A stretch of 64,000 bases of DNA, from the IMG/VR virus record IMGVR_UViG_3300023119_000004; one strand, 5' to 3'. The notes under the pieces were generated by a model. It was given only the letters and a program-made list of their open reading frames with translations. It made no database searches and had not been told where the DNA came from. The stretch is from a virus. Taxonomy: Duplodnaviria; Caudoviricetes. The translations under genes and the position numbers were made by a program. How positions within the stretch are numbered: the first letter of the stretch is position 1; every line of letters starts with the position of its first letter. This document shows positions 19,463 to 29,513 of this stretch, in pieces.

Positions 19463-22400
19463 TTACACTCCAGTTCCTGGATCCCAGCCATTTTCACCAA
19501 CGTCATAGTATGATCCGTCGCCTTCAATAGCGTCTGTTTCCATAAGTCCCATTGTACTTGCATTAACGTTAAAATAGGACATTGCCATCATCATTCCTGA
19601 TGGAATCTTAGTCATATGCATTGGAACTGGAATATTAATTGCTAAATCACCTGTGTTTGATATTTGATTTAAGTTACTTAACTTAACAGTACCAGCAGTA
19701 ACAGCGTTTGCCGCTACGTTTGCACCACCACCACTAATTCTTGATTGAATATATGTAGCGATTGCTTTCTGTGTTGGTACAATAGCATTACTGTTTGCAG
19801 TAAATGTACCATCTTTAGAAAATTCTCTAATAACAGCGTTTGTACCACCAAGTATAAATGCACCCAATCTTAATTCATCTAGACCTTGTAAGTCAAACTG
19901 TGATGCGTTAATTGTAACAATACCTGTTGACTGTTCAACTTTAAACAATTCACCAACCCTAAAGTTACCGTCTTGGTCTGTACTTGAGTAGAATACTCTA
20001 CCACCGTTATATTCTTGTGTTTCCCACATCTGTTCTGGTGGGTTAATTGAACTATAACCATCAGTATAAAGTAATGGATAGTTAGTATCGTCAAATCCGC
20101 CTGTACCAATGTCTAGGAAATCGTGGAATGTTAAACGTACCTGACTGTAGTTCTGTCTAATTGTAACTGCTTCACCGTGTTGTGGTGATTCTTGAACACC
20201 CATATTTGGTGCTAGTGAAATCTTAACAGTTGCATTAGGAACAGATCCTTCAAGTACTGTTGCTGTACCAACTTTATAAATTACGTCAGTAATACTTGAG
20301 AAACGCAAGTTATCGCCTGGGCTCGGAACTAGTGTTAGATCACTAACAACAATATCCCCACCTAGTTGGAACTTGTCTGCATAACCGTCACCTGTAATAG
20401 TTACAGCATTAAATTTAGTATATAACGATCCTCTGTTTTTAAACGTAGGCTGTCCTAATACTCTATTGTTTAGTCTAACTTGATACGTAACGTCTTGTGT
20501 TTTTTGTGTATCATGTATATGTACCGACGGAGGTGTTTGTGTTCTATAACCACTTCCTGGTTCAGTTATTGTAAATGATTCAATTCTACCAGTGTTAACC
20601 GGATATGCTCTCATTAATGCTTTTGCACCGTAGTCGATTGCTGTTACATTTTGTTGTGATGTTGTATTAAACATAAAGAAGCGTGGACCAAATGTTGTAG
20701 TTGTTCCACAAACTTTTGGTACGTATGCTGTTCCGCCTGAAGGAATTGTTAAAGGACCTTTTGATTTCCAAACATCGCCGCCGTCGCTGTATAAAAGATT
20801 ACCTGCTGTATCAATTGACATAAACAACCCGTCGGAGTAATCTAATCCCCATTCGTTAGTGTTAATATTAGCAGAACCATCTACTTCTCTCCAAGTAGCA
20901 TTTCCTGGACCTTCTGCAAAATCTGTGAAACTTATAAAGTAAGTTGAACTTAAACCAAATACTGCTGTAGTTGATGAACTGTTATCACTTAACATTGTTG
21001 TTGATGGATCAAATGGGAATGTTGCTGTACCATTTGGTTGGCAAGCCGCTACAAATCTTCCGTTACCAAAACGGAAACCTGTTACGTTATATGTATTAGG
21101 ACAAACTGCTGTTGTACCAGTCCATGATTGTCCATCATCTGTACTTTCCCATGCCGCACCCGAACCGCTAACAATAATCCATTTACCGTTACCATATGCA
21201 ATGTGTTTAAATCCTGAACCAGGGCCGCCAACGTTTACATATGACCAAGTTGTTCCGTTAGTGTTTGAAATTGCAATTTCGTCTGAATCATCTGCAATAG
21301 CAATAACTGTGTGAGATGCCGCACCAAACGGACCTTCTTTAATATCAACATAGTTGTGTTGGTTAATTGGATATGGATCAGAACCCCAAGCAGTTAACGC
21401 TGTTGAAAGGTTGGCTCTGTTACCGTTACCAACTGTAATGAAATATTTTAAAAATCCTTTACATTGAACACCACAATTTGGTCTTACAAATCCTGAATCA
21501 ACTGTTGCAGGAGTCCATTGATCGCCTGCCGCATTTGAATACAATGCTACGTCTGTTCCTGCTGAAGGAAATATAGCATTTGTTTCACCAGATGTTAATC
21601 CAAGTGTTTGATAACTTTGTGAATTGCCAGTGTTATAACTATATTCTTCGTAGTAAGGTTCGTCAAGTTCAATACGTGATTCAATTCTGTATGTTGTTGA
21701 ACCGTCTAATTGTGTTGAAATATCCCAACCCGGAACAATATGATCCCAACCACGTTTACCATCACTTTCTCTTAGAACATTAATTTTCTTTGTTGTAACA
21801 AAGTATTCATCAATAATTCCATATTGACCAACACCTTCACCTTCTTCAATAATAATTCTCATACCTGGTGAAATTTCAGAAACTGTAAACGAAACATCAG
21901 CGCCACCGTGGTCGCCTAAATCAGCATCTGAAATTGTAATTTGATCACCAACCCTATGACTGTGTCCGCCATTAATTGGTACTATTGCTGTAATGTTTCC
22001 AGTTTCGTCAACTGTAATATTAAACGTACCTACACTAGCAAAAATATTATTAGATGTACCTGATACATTAGTATACGTTTGTGGGAACAATTCTGGATCA
22101 TCTACTCTATTTGGATCTGCTCCCGAAATGTTGCTAACTGCTAGTACTGCTCTACCAACATAGTAATCAGGACCATTGTTATCTGATTGTGCAATAGTAA
22201 TTGAAATATTGTCTCCGCCTTGTGCCGAGTTTCTGATACCTGTAATATGTCCTCTACCACCTGTTGGTGATGAATCACCTGGATCAAGTAATCTAATTTC
22301 ACTTATCGATCCGTTTCTTAATTCAGCAAAGTTATTATCTACACTAACTCCGCTACCTGAACCTGTAATATTAAATGTAACATCTGTATAATGGCCGCCG

Positions 22401-24784
22401 GCGTGTGTATAACCAATTGCAAAAATTTTATTTGCGTTACTGTATACTGTTGGTGCTTCGGCATCATAGTATCTGTTGTTTACTGTAGCAGTAATAGGAC
22501 TTTCACTTGCTAGTTCACCTTCAGCAAAAGAACCAAACTTACCATAAGAGTTATTACCAACTGTAGCACGAATTTTACCACCTGCTGTACAATAGTAACC
22601 AATATGGCAGTAATAAGTGAACACGGAAACAAGTTCCATTCTGCCGTCTTTGTTTGCCCAGGCTCCAATGCCTTCTGAAATTACTTGTGTAAAGTCGTTT
22701 GCAACAATAGATTTATTACCACCGTCATGTAATTCTCCATCAACTTTAAGACCTACACATCCATGACCGATTGTTGTTACGTTTTGTACGTATGTTGATT
22801 TATTTGTAACCCAAACACTTGTATCGTCTGGGCCTGTTCCCGGATCAAGTGCTACGAATGCACCTGCTGTTGGAACTTGAGCACCATACACATTAGGCTC
22901 ACCTAATGATCCACGTAATCCTTGTAGGGTCATATTTCTAATACCACAACCGTTACGCACTTGAAACATATCTCTTTCTTCGTTGTTTAATGCTGGTTTA
23001 ATTGTAGTACTTCTTAGTTCATCGCCAACAATAGCAACATTTGCCGGAACTTTAATTGGAAGAATTTCTTCATAAATTCCTGTTGCAACAAAAATTGTTG
23101 CTGGCGCTCTTGCGGCTTCGTCTGCTAAGATATATTGTGTTGCATACTTAACTGATCTAAATGGTGATGTTGAACTTAATCCAAATCCACTAGCATCTCT
23201 ACCTGATGTAGCAACATAATAAACCTTTGGTGTTTGTCCAAATGGTTCCCAAGTTGCTTGATCGTTAACTTGTTTTAATGCATCTCCTGGATCACCAATA
23301 GTAATTCTAGCATGGTCGGTTCCATCGTGACCTCTTAGGTCACCTCTGTGTTGCATTACGTTACCAGGCGAACCTTGAAGCATTTTCTCCCAATAACTTC
23401 CGTTATCTAATGCTGGTTCAACTAGTGTTGAATCGTCACCTTCGTGTGCTTGTACACATTTCCAAGTTGTTCCCGCTTGAACAACAATGTCACCTAATAC
23501 ATAATCTTGATCTGAATACCATTCGCCTCTGTAGTAAGGACCAGTTAATACTAACTGCCAGTACATTGAAACAGACCCTTCTGCAGATCTTGTTGAACCC
23601 GGATCGTAATATCCTCTCCATTCAGGATCTAGTGCATCTGGTTGAACACCTTGGCTATCTTGTACAGCAATATAAACAAAACCTTTATTTCTTACAACAC
23701 TACCAGTTTTATATTCAATGCCGGCTTCCCATTCGCCTGTCATTTTATAACCGGTAATTAATAATTCCCAATCGTATTGACCTTGTAAACTTTCGCCTTC
23801 GTAGAATACACCTGTTACACTTGGCGCACTACCAACGTTATTAGTCATTGATGTATATGTATATCCACCGTAGTTAACTACGTCACCTGGTTGATAATAT
23901 GTTGTAGCCGACCATTCGTTTTCAAAACCCATGCCAGGCATCCAAATATCAAAGAAATCTTCTTGGAAGTTACCTGTTGATGTATGATGTTCTGTACAAC
24001 GCCAAATAGTAGGACCCCACTTGACAAGGTCGCCTACTCTGTAATGTACACCTACTGAGTCGCCAGCATCTTGCCAACCGCCTAAATAACGTACACCAGA
24101 AATTACAATTTCCCAATGTGCTAAGTCTTGTTCAAGCCCGTTTAGTGGGTTTGAATCTGAAGTGTGTCCTGCGATACATCTGTAAATGATAGCACCATAA
24201 CGTACTACATCATTATATCTGTATCTAGTTGAAGGGCGCCATTCAATTCTAAAATTGTCGCCTCTGAAAATAATTTGCCATTTATCTGCGTCTACTTCAA
24301 GACCAGAAACTACTGATGATGATGTGTGTTCCTGAATACAGTTGTAAGCATAACCACCATATAAGATAACATCATTTTTTCTATATCTTGTTAACGGAGT
24401 CCAGTCTCTTCTCCAATTAGTAGTAGCGGCGAATCCAATAAGTTTATCTTCATCTTCGGTAATACCAATTGCGGCGTCTTCGTTTGATCTATGTTCTTGT
24501 GTTACTCTATATACAATACCATCATATTTAAATAGATCGTTTTCTTTATAAAGTGTGTCAACAACCCAGTTACCTTTCCATTGGTAACCATCTGCCATTT
24601 TTAACCATTTAGGTGGATCAGCACTTAGATCAAGATCAAAACTTGTTTGACTTGATGTGTGACCAACCATACAAACATAAGTGTTACCACCATGTCTAAT
24701 AATATCATCTTTAATATATGTCGCACCTTGCAACCATATATTTTTCCATGTATATCTAATTCTTGCTAGGTTAAATTCAGCCAT
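19463..24784 (-). CDS. Giant tail fibre/tailspike-like protein (paralog): 8 CBM5/12-like repeats, beta-helix-like core, BNR/Asp-box region
   Basis: 1773 aa; N-terminus MAEFNLARIRYTWK versus MAEFKLGRIRFVWK in the paralog; Asp-box-like motifs STDDGQSW, SNTNGTTW, SDGGDVW. Confidence 0.8.
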   Translation of the reverse strand: MAEFNLARIRYTWKNIWLQGATYIKDDIIRHGGNTYVCMVGHTSSQTSFDLDLSADPPKWLKMADGYQWKGNWVVDTLYKENDLFKYDGIVYRVTQEHRSNEDAAIGITEDEDKLIGFAATTNWRRDWTPLTRYRKNDVILYGGYAYNCIQEHTSSSVVSGLEVDADKWQIIFRGDNFRIEWRPSTRYRYNDVVRYGAIIYRCIAGHTSDSNPLNGLEQDLAHWEIVISGVRYLGGWQDAGDSVGVHYRVGDLVKWGPTIWRCTEHHTSTGNFQEDFFDIWMPGMGFENEWSATTYYQPGDVVNYGGYTYTSMTNNVGSAPSVTGVFYEGESLQGQYDWELLITGYKMTGEWEAGIEYKTGSVVRNKGFVYIAVQDSQGVQPDALDPEWRGYYDPGSTRSAEGSVSMYWQLVLTGPYYRGEWYSDQDYVLGDIVVQAGTTWKCVQAHEGDDSTLVEPALDNGSYWEKMLQGSPGNVMQHRGDLRGHDGTDHARITIGDPGDALKQVNDQATWEPFGQTPKVYYVATSGRDASGFGLSSTSPFRSVKYATQYILADEAARAPATIFVATGIYEEILPIKVPANVAIVGDELRSTTIKPALNNEERDMFQVRNGCGIRNMTLQGLRGSLGEPNVYGAQVPTAGAFVALDPGTGPDDTSVWVTNKSTYVQNVTTIGHGCVGLKVDGELHDGGNKSIVANDFTQVISEGIGAWANKDGRMELVSVFTYYCHIGYYCTAGGKIRATVGNNSYGKFGSFAEGELASESPITATVNNRYYDAEAPTVYSNANKIFAIGYTHAGGHYTDVTFNITGSGSGVSVDNNFAELRNGSISEIRLLDPGDSSPTGGRGHITGIRNSAQGGDNISITIAQSDNNGPDYYVGRAVLAVSNISGADPNRVDDPELFPQTYTNVSGTSNNIFASVGTFNITVDETGNITAIVPINGGHSHRVGDQITISDADLGDHGGADVSFTVSEISPGMRIIIEEGEGVGQYGIIDEYFVTTKKINVLRESDGKRGWDHIVPGWDISTQLDGSTTYRIESRIELDEPYYEEYSYNTGNSQSYQTLGLTSGETNAIFPSAGTDVALYSNAAGDQWTPATVDSGFVRPNCGVQCKGFLKYFITVGNGNRANLSTALTAWGSDPYPINQHNYVDIKEGPFGAASHTVIAIADDSDEIAISNTNGTTWSYVNVGGPGSGFKHIAYGNGKWIIVSGSGAAWESTDDGQSWTGTTAVCPNTYNVTGFRFGNGRFVAACQPNGTATFPFDPSTTMLSDNSSSTTAVFGLSSTYFISFTDFAEGPGNATWREVDGSANINTNEWGLDYSDGLFMSIDTAGNLLYSDGGDVWKSKGPLTIPSGGTAYVPKVCGTTTTFGPRFFMFNTTSQQNVTAIDYGAKALMRAYPVNTGRIESFTITEPGSGYRTQTPPSVHIHDTQKTQDVTYQVRLNNRVLGQPTFKNRGSLYTKFNAVTITGDGYADKFQLGGDIVVSDLTLVPSPGDNLRFSSITDVIYKVGTATVLEGSVPNATVKISLAPNMGVQESPQHGEAVTIRQNYSQVRLTFHDFLDIGTGGFDDTNYPLLYTDGYSSINPPEQMWETQEYNGGRVFYSSTDQDGNFRVGELFKVEQSTGIVTINASQFDLQGLDELRLGAFILGGTNAVIREFSKDGTFTANSNAIVPTQKAIATYIQSRISGGGANVAANAVTAGTVKLSNLNQISNTGDLAINIPVPMHMTKIPSGMMMAMSYFNVNASTMGLMETDAIEGDGSYYDVGENGWDPGTGV

Positions 24785-25182
24785 TATCCACTATATCCTG
24801 TTGCATTTGAACCAAATGGTAAGTGATCTGCTGAAATTGTATCATCATAATCATATTTAGTGTTAATACGTAACACCAATTCTCCAGAATCATTTACATA
24901 ATAATAAATGTTCTTTTCATCCCAACGCATTTGTTCATAGTTTAAGTTATCAAAAACTAGTTCGTGATTAGGGTTTCTTCCCTCAAAGAAGTCTTCACCA
25001 GTTTGCCATTCTGCAAAGTTACCATCTGGACCACCTGGTCTATTAACTTGCAACTCGTCTGTAGGAGAAGCAATATCAACCTTTGCAATAAAAAGTTGTC
25101 CGTCATCGTCCCTACGCAATGCATAAAAATATCTATCGCTAGTTTGTCCTTCTAACGGTGCTGATCCTACATATTGTACCAT
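24784..25182 (-). CDS. Hypothetical virion protein
   Basis: 132-aa ORF with overlapping stop/start junctions on both sides, within the structural operon. Confidence 0.7.
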   Translation of the reverse strand: MVQYVGSAPLEGQTSDRYFYALRRDDDGQLFIAKVDIASPTDELQVNRPGGPDGNFAEWQTGEDFFEGRNPNHELVFDNLNYEQMRWDEKNIYYYVNDSGELVLRINTKYDYDDTISADHLPFGSNATGYSG

Positions 25183-25511
25183 TATACAATCTCCACGTAA
25201 CTAAGAATTACGTCAACAGCATCATCTTGATCTGCTGTAACTACTACTTCATTATTTCCTGGTAAGACTAATTTCTCACCACCATTAATTGCCCTTAAGG
25301 CCGCATTAGGTGCAATCATAACATCTTTGATATAATATCCTAATACACTTGTATCGTCTTTAATTTGAATACTAACTCTAGTATTACCGTCTAGTAGATT
25401 AGCAACTGACATACCAATTGCTGTAACTTTCGATGCCGGTGGCACAGTTAGTATTGAAATTGGTTGTGTTCCTACGCTTTTTTCTACTTTGTTTCTAAAA
25501 AATGTTGCCAT
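25182..25511 (-). CDS. Small virion structural protein
   Basis: 109 aa; member of the xTVP paralog family. Confidence 0.7.
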   Translation of the reverse strand: MATFFRNKVEKSVGTQPISILTVPPASKVTAIGMSVANLLDGNTRVSIQIKDDTSVLGYYIKDVMIAPNAALRAINGGEKLVLPGNNEVVVTADQDDAVDVILSYVEIV

Positions 25512-25514
25512 ATC

Positions 25515-26990
25515 TTATCCTAAACTTAGTACTAACTCCAATGCAATGTTCTGTGCATCTGTTTGTGAAACAGCACCTGAACTACCTGCAACTGAATCCC
25601 ATTGTGTACCATCATAAATTTCTAATCTTCCGTCTGTTGTATTCCAACGCATCATACCAATAACTGGTGAAGGGTGTCTTTGAGCACCAGTACCTACCGG
25701 AACAACAAACCCTTCAGTACCGTCAAACTTAAAATAGCCTCCATTTGGGCTAGAAAACGTTAAAGCACCGCCGGCTACAGTATTATTTATAGTACTTCCA
25801 CTAATATTAACATCACCAATTTGTACACCGCCTGTACCGTTTGGTGATAAAATTAAGTCTGTATTAGCAGTTGTTGTACTGATAGTGTTACCGTCAAGTC
25901 TTATACTGTCAACTTGTAATCTAGCAACATTAAATTCTTGTTGTGTAACTGTAGCAATTAGTGAACCACCTGCATAAAATCTAATAGTATCATCATTTGC
26001 ACCTGGTGTTAATTCTGCTGTAATATATGTGTCAGCATCTAGGTCATATACTCCTGTTAGTACAATCCAGTTACCGTCATAACCTTCAAACTTATTTGTA
26101 TCTGTGTTATAACGAATCATACCAACTGCTGGAATTGCTGGTCTTTGTGCTGTTGTGCCTGACGGAATTCTAATAGATCCAGTAGCGTCAATATCCATTA
26201 CACCACTTGCAGGTGCAATAGTAATATCATTAGCAGAACTAATTCTGCTACCTTTAAAAATAAAATCGTCAATAATAACAGATCCATTACCTGCGTAACG
26301 TAATTCTAAATCTGCATTTGAAACTGTGTTTTGAATTACACCAGTATCGATTTGAATGTCATCAATGTAAGCACTTCCAGCATGAATACTATTCCATGTT
26401 TTTGCTGGTGTACCTAAGTTGTATGTTGCAGTTTGATCTGGTAATAAATCTGAAGTAATACCTGCATTAATGCTAATAGTATCTGTTGCTTCATCGCCTA
26501 TTACAACGTTACCTGCAACTGTTACATCACCACTAGCATTAATATTTCCTGTAACATCTAAATTACCTGTAATATTAGTATGACCTGTAATGTTAACTTC
26601 TCCAGTTCCGTCTGGAAAAATATCAATATCAGCATTTGATACTGTTGTAGAAATTACGTTTGTTTGAAATCTTAAATCGTCTACTTCAAAAGTTTTTAAT
26701 GAAGTAACTTTGTCTGATCCTACTGTTTGTAGTTGTAATGTGTTTCCAGTTGTTTCAACAGTATTACCACTTATACGTACATCGCCGACATAAGCAGTAC
26801 CTGAAGTTACTGAATCAATTGATCTTAGTGTTCCGTTAATATCTAAATCGTATTGTGGACTAGCGGTATTGACGCCGATCTTGCGGTTATTAACATCTAA
26901 GTAAAGTAAATCCGTTTCAAATGCTAAATCAACTCCATTACGAAGAAGATTTTGCTTTAAAAGCGGACCCGAAATACGACCTACAGCCAC
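25515..26990 (-). CDS. Tail-fibre-like virion protein (beta-repeat; IRYN...FEGY modules); likely GTG start at 26990
   Basis: The track starts at TTG 27005, but GAGGAG (26998-27003) lies 7 nt before GTG 26990. N-terminus GRISGPLL matches the paralog 27159..28631. Confidence 0.75.
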   Translation of the reverse strand: MAVGRISGPLLKQNLLRNGVDLAFETDLLYLDVNNRKIGVNTASPQYDLDINGTLRSIDSVTSGTAYVGDVRISGNTVETTGNTLQLQTVGSDKVTSLKTFEVDDLRFQTNVISTTVSNADIDIFPDGTGEVNITGHTNITGNLDVTGNINASGDVTVAGNVVIGDEATDTISINAGITSDLLPDQTATYNLGTPAKTWNSIHAGSAYIDDIQIDTGVIQNTVSNADLELRYAGNGSVIIDDFIFKGSRISSANDITIAPASGVMDIDATGSIRIPSGTTAQRPAIPAVGMIRYNTDTNKFEGYDGNWIVLTGVYDLDADTYITAELTPGANDDTIRFYAGGSLIATVTQQEFNVARLQVDSIRLDGNTISTTTANTDLILSPNGTGGVQIGDVNISGSTINNTVAGGALTFSSPNGGYFKFDGTEGFVVPVGTGAQRHPSPVIGMMRWNTTDGRLEIYDGTQWDSVAGSSGAVSQTDAQNIALELVLSLG

Positions 26991-27158
26991 TTTATTGCTC
27001 CTCAATACGGGGATCCTGTCCCTCTAGCCTAATTTTCATCCTTACATTATTGCTCGGCTCTTTGCTGGCTAACCACAGTATGTCCCATACTACAACTAAG
27101 GGTCTCTCTCCCTTAATCGGTCTTGTAGTATGTTAATAGTATTTATCGAAAATGGATA

Positions 27159-28631
27159 TTAACCTAGTGCTAAGGTATAGATAAAGCCTAATTCTTCCAT
27201 GTAGTCTTCATTAACTGTATCACCTGCACCCGAAACGTTATTCCAATTACCATCAGCATAAGTTTCAAGATATCCTAGGGTAACGTTAAAACGTGTAGTA
27301 CCTTCTTGTAGTGTTGCACCACCCGGTCTTGCCGCTAATGACCCCGAAGGAATTACAAATCCGCCAGTATCTGCAAATTCAACACGACCGTATTGCGTAG
27401 GTACATTATTTGTTCTAGTAAACACAAAATCATTCGTTAGACTTGTGTTAGTAATAGTAGCACCATTAAAATCTAAATCATACATTCTAACTGTACCTGA
27501 ACTTGGTACTAGATTAATATCTGAATTAGTTACTTGGCTACTAATAGTTCCGTTATCAAATGTTAGATTATCCTGAGAAACTAATCTAGTTGACACAATT
27601 CCTAAATCTGTCAATGTATGATTTGTAACACCATTTGTTGTAAAATCGAAATAGTTTCCAGCATTTGCTAGTACATAAGTCTGTCTATCTTCACTCCAAA
27701 TACCCCTTAACGGAGTATATGCACTTGAAAATAATTCAAAGAAATTTGTAGTTGTATTATAACGAACATCTCTAAACAAGTTAGGACGTTCTGCTTCAGT
27801 ACCGTGCGGAACATTTAGTGCTCCAACTCCGCTAATCCCGATGTTAGCACCCGGATCTAAATTAAATGTTGTTGAGTTTGTTGTAGTTAATGTACTACCG
27901 CTAATTCTCATATCATCAATGACAATAGCACCCGTACCACTTGCTCTTAAAATTAAGTTATTACCCGAACTTGTTGTAGTTATGTAATCATTATCAATTT
28001 CAATGTCGCCAAATTTTGCTTTTGCGGCTGTAACGTTATTCCAAACTTTTGTAGGGCTACCTAAATTAAGATTATCCTCAGTTCTATTAGGAACTATGTC
28101 TTGTGAAAAATCTACTAAACTAAAATTAATTGTATCTGTTTCTTCATCACCAAATACAAAGTTACCGCCAACAGATAAGTTACCTGGAATAGTAACATTA
28201 CCAGTAACATCAATATCTCCAATATGGTTTACATTTTTTCTAAAGTGTGTAATACCTGTTCCATGAGGTTGAAAGTTTATGTCACTGTTTGATAAACTTG
28301 TAATATCGTTATTATTAAAAACTAAATTGTCAGTATGTAACTGTTCTGCTCTAACTAAATTAGCAGAATTTAAATTAATATCTCCAACTGTTGCTCTTAC
28401 GCCAGTTGTACTAACTTCAATATTTCCCGAAGTCTTTCTAGTAAAATAACCATCGCCGTACCAAGACTGTCCTAGTACTTGTACAAGGTCTGTTGGAGAA
28501 TTTGTAAGGACACCTATTCGTGTATTACTCGATCCAATATGAAGTAGATCAGTTTCAAACGCTAGGTCAGACTGTGTTCGAACTAAGTTCGATGCTAATA
28601 ATGGACCTGATATTCTTGCTATTTGTGACAT
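27159..28631 (-). CDS. Tail-fibre-like virion protein, paralog of 25515..26990
   Basis: ARISGPLL.SNL.R...DLAFETDLL N-terminus; P.G..A.RP / RYN modules. Confidence 0.75.
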   Translation of the reverse strand: MSQIARISGPLLASNLVRTQSDLAFETDLLHIGSSNTRIGVLTNSPTDLVQVLGQSWYGDGYFTRKTSGNIEVSTTGVRATVGDINLNSANLVRAEQLHTDNLVFNNNDITSLSNSDINFQPHGTGITHFRKNVNHIGDIDVTGNVTIPGNLSVGGNFVFGDEETDTINFSLVDFSQDIVPNRTEDNLNLGSPTKVWNNVTAAKAKFGDIEIDNDYITTTSSGNNLILRASGTGAIVIDDMRISGSTLTTTNSTTFNLDPGANIGISGVGALNVPHGTEAERPNLFRDVRYNTTTNFFELFSSAYTPLRGIWSEDRQTYVLANAGNYFDFTTNGVTNHTLTDLGIVSTRLVSQDNLTFDNGTISSQVTNSDINLVPSSGTVRMYDLDFNGATITNTSLTNDFVFTRTNNVPTQYGRVEFADTGGFVIPSGSLAARPGGATLQEGTTRFNVTLGYLETYADGNWNNVSGAGDTVNEDYMEELGFIYTLALG

Positions 28632-28665
28632 ACTGTTATGTTCCCTCTAACAGTATTTATTGGAA

Positions 28666-29169
28666 TTACTTGTCGAAATTATGTAGGACTGTTACTGGTT
28701 TACCTGTTGGAACAGGAGTACCAAATACTACATACCAACCTGCGGCATAACCGCTTGGGTTTTGTTCAAGTACATAGTTTGTAGTTGCTAGTTGAAAAAC
28801 GTTTTCAATAGTAACAATAATATTTGCCGCTGATGCTGGAGCAGGGTTATAAGTATCGCCGTTGTTTAACGGACCAAATTTAGTTTCAACATCATTGCCG
28901 TTACCTAAATTTTGTTGTACAATAGTTGCTGGTTCAAAACGTCTAATAGGCGCCCAACTACCATTTTCATAATCTTCAAATACATTTTCATCTGAGTTAT
29001 ATCTAATCATTCCGTTTTCAGGACTTGAAGGACGTTGTGCAGTTGTTCCTATTGGAACCACAACAGAATTATCACTGTCTAAGACAATCTTGCCGTTAAT
29101 GTCTCTACGGATATCTTTATTACCATAGATTCCTCTTGCATTTGTTGATTGTGCTCTTAGAAAACGCAT
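28666..29169 (-). CDS. Virion structural protein (fibre-module-containing)
   Basis: VPIGTTAQRP...GMIRYN...FE.Y module. Confidence 0.7.
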   Translation of the reverse strand: MRFLRAQSTNARGIYGNKDIRRDINGKIVLDSDNSVVVPIGTTAQRPSSPENGMIRYNSDENVFEDYENGSWAPIRRFEPATIVQQNLGNGNDVETKFGPLNNGDTYNPAPASAANIIVTIENVFQLATTNYVLEQNPSGYAAGWYVVFGTPVPTGKPVTVLHNFDK

Positions 29170-29171
29170 AA

Positions 29172-29504
29172 TTAAACTTCCAAATAACTTACTGTAACAC
29201 TTAGATTCAATGGTGCTTGTGATAGTAATACTACACTATCGCCTGATTCTAAAATAATTTTTTCAGAATCAAAAGTAAATGTCTCTCCACCTGGAACAGG
29301 CATTTCTTTAACAACCATGTTTGTATTTGATTTTGGTTCTGTATTCTTTACAAAATGCAAATCAAATGACGAATCGTTTGTTCCTGCCGCATCATAACCT
29401 GCATGATTACACACCATAACTGTTGTAATAGCATACTGAGTTTGAGGCGGTACAGTTAGTACCGTTGTATCTGTGTTTCCAATTGCCGCTTGTGCTATTG
29501 CCAT
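29172..29504 (-). CDS. Small virion structural protein
   Basis: 110 aa; xTVP paralog family. Confidence 0.7.
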   Translation of the reverse strand: MAIAQAAIGNTDTTVLTVPPQTQYAITTVMVCNHAGYDAAGTNDSSFDLHFVKNTEPKSNTNMVVKEMPVPGGETFTFDSEKIILESGDSVVLLSQAPLNLSVTVSYLEV

Positions 29505-29513
29505 TTTACATCC

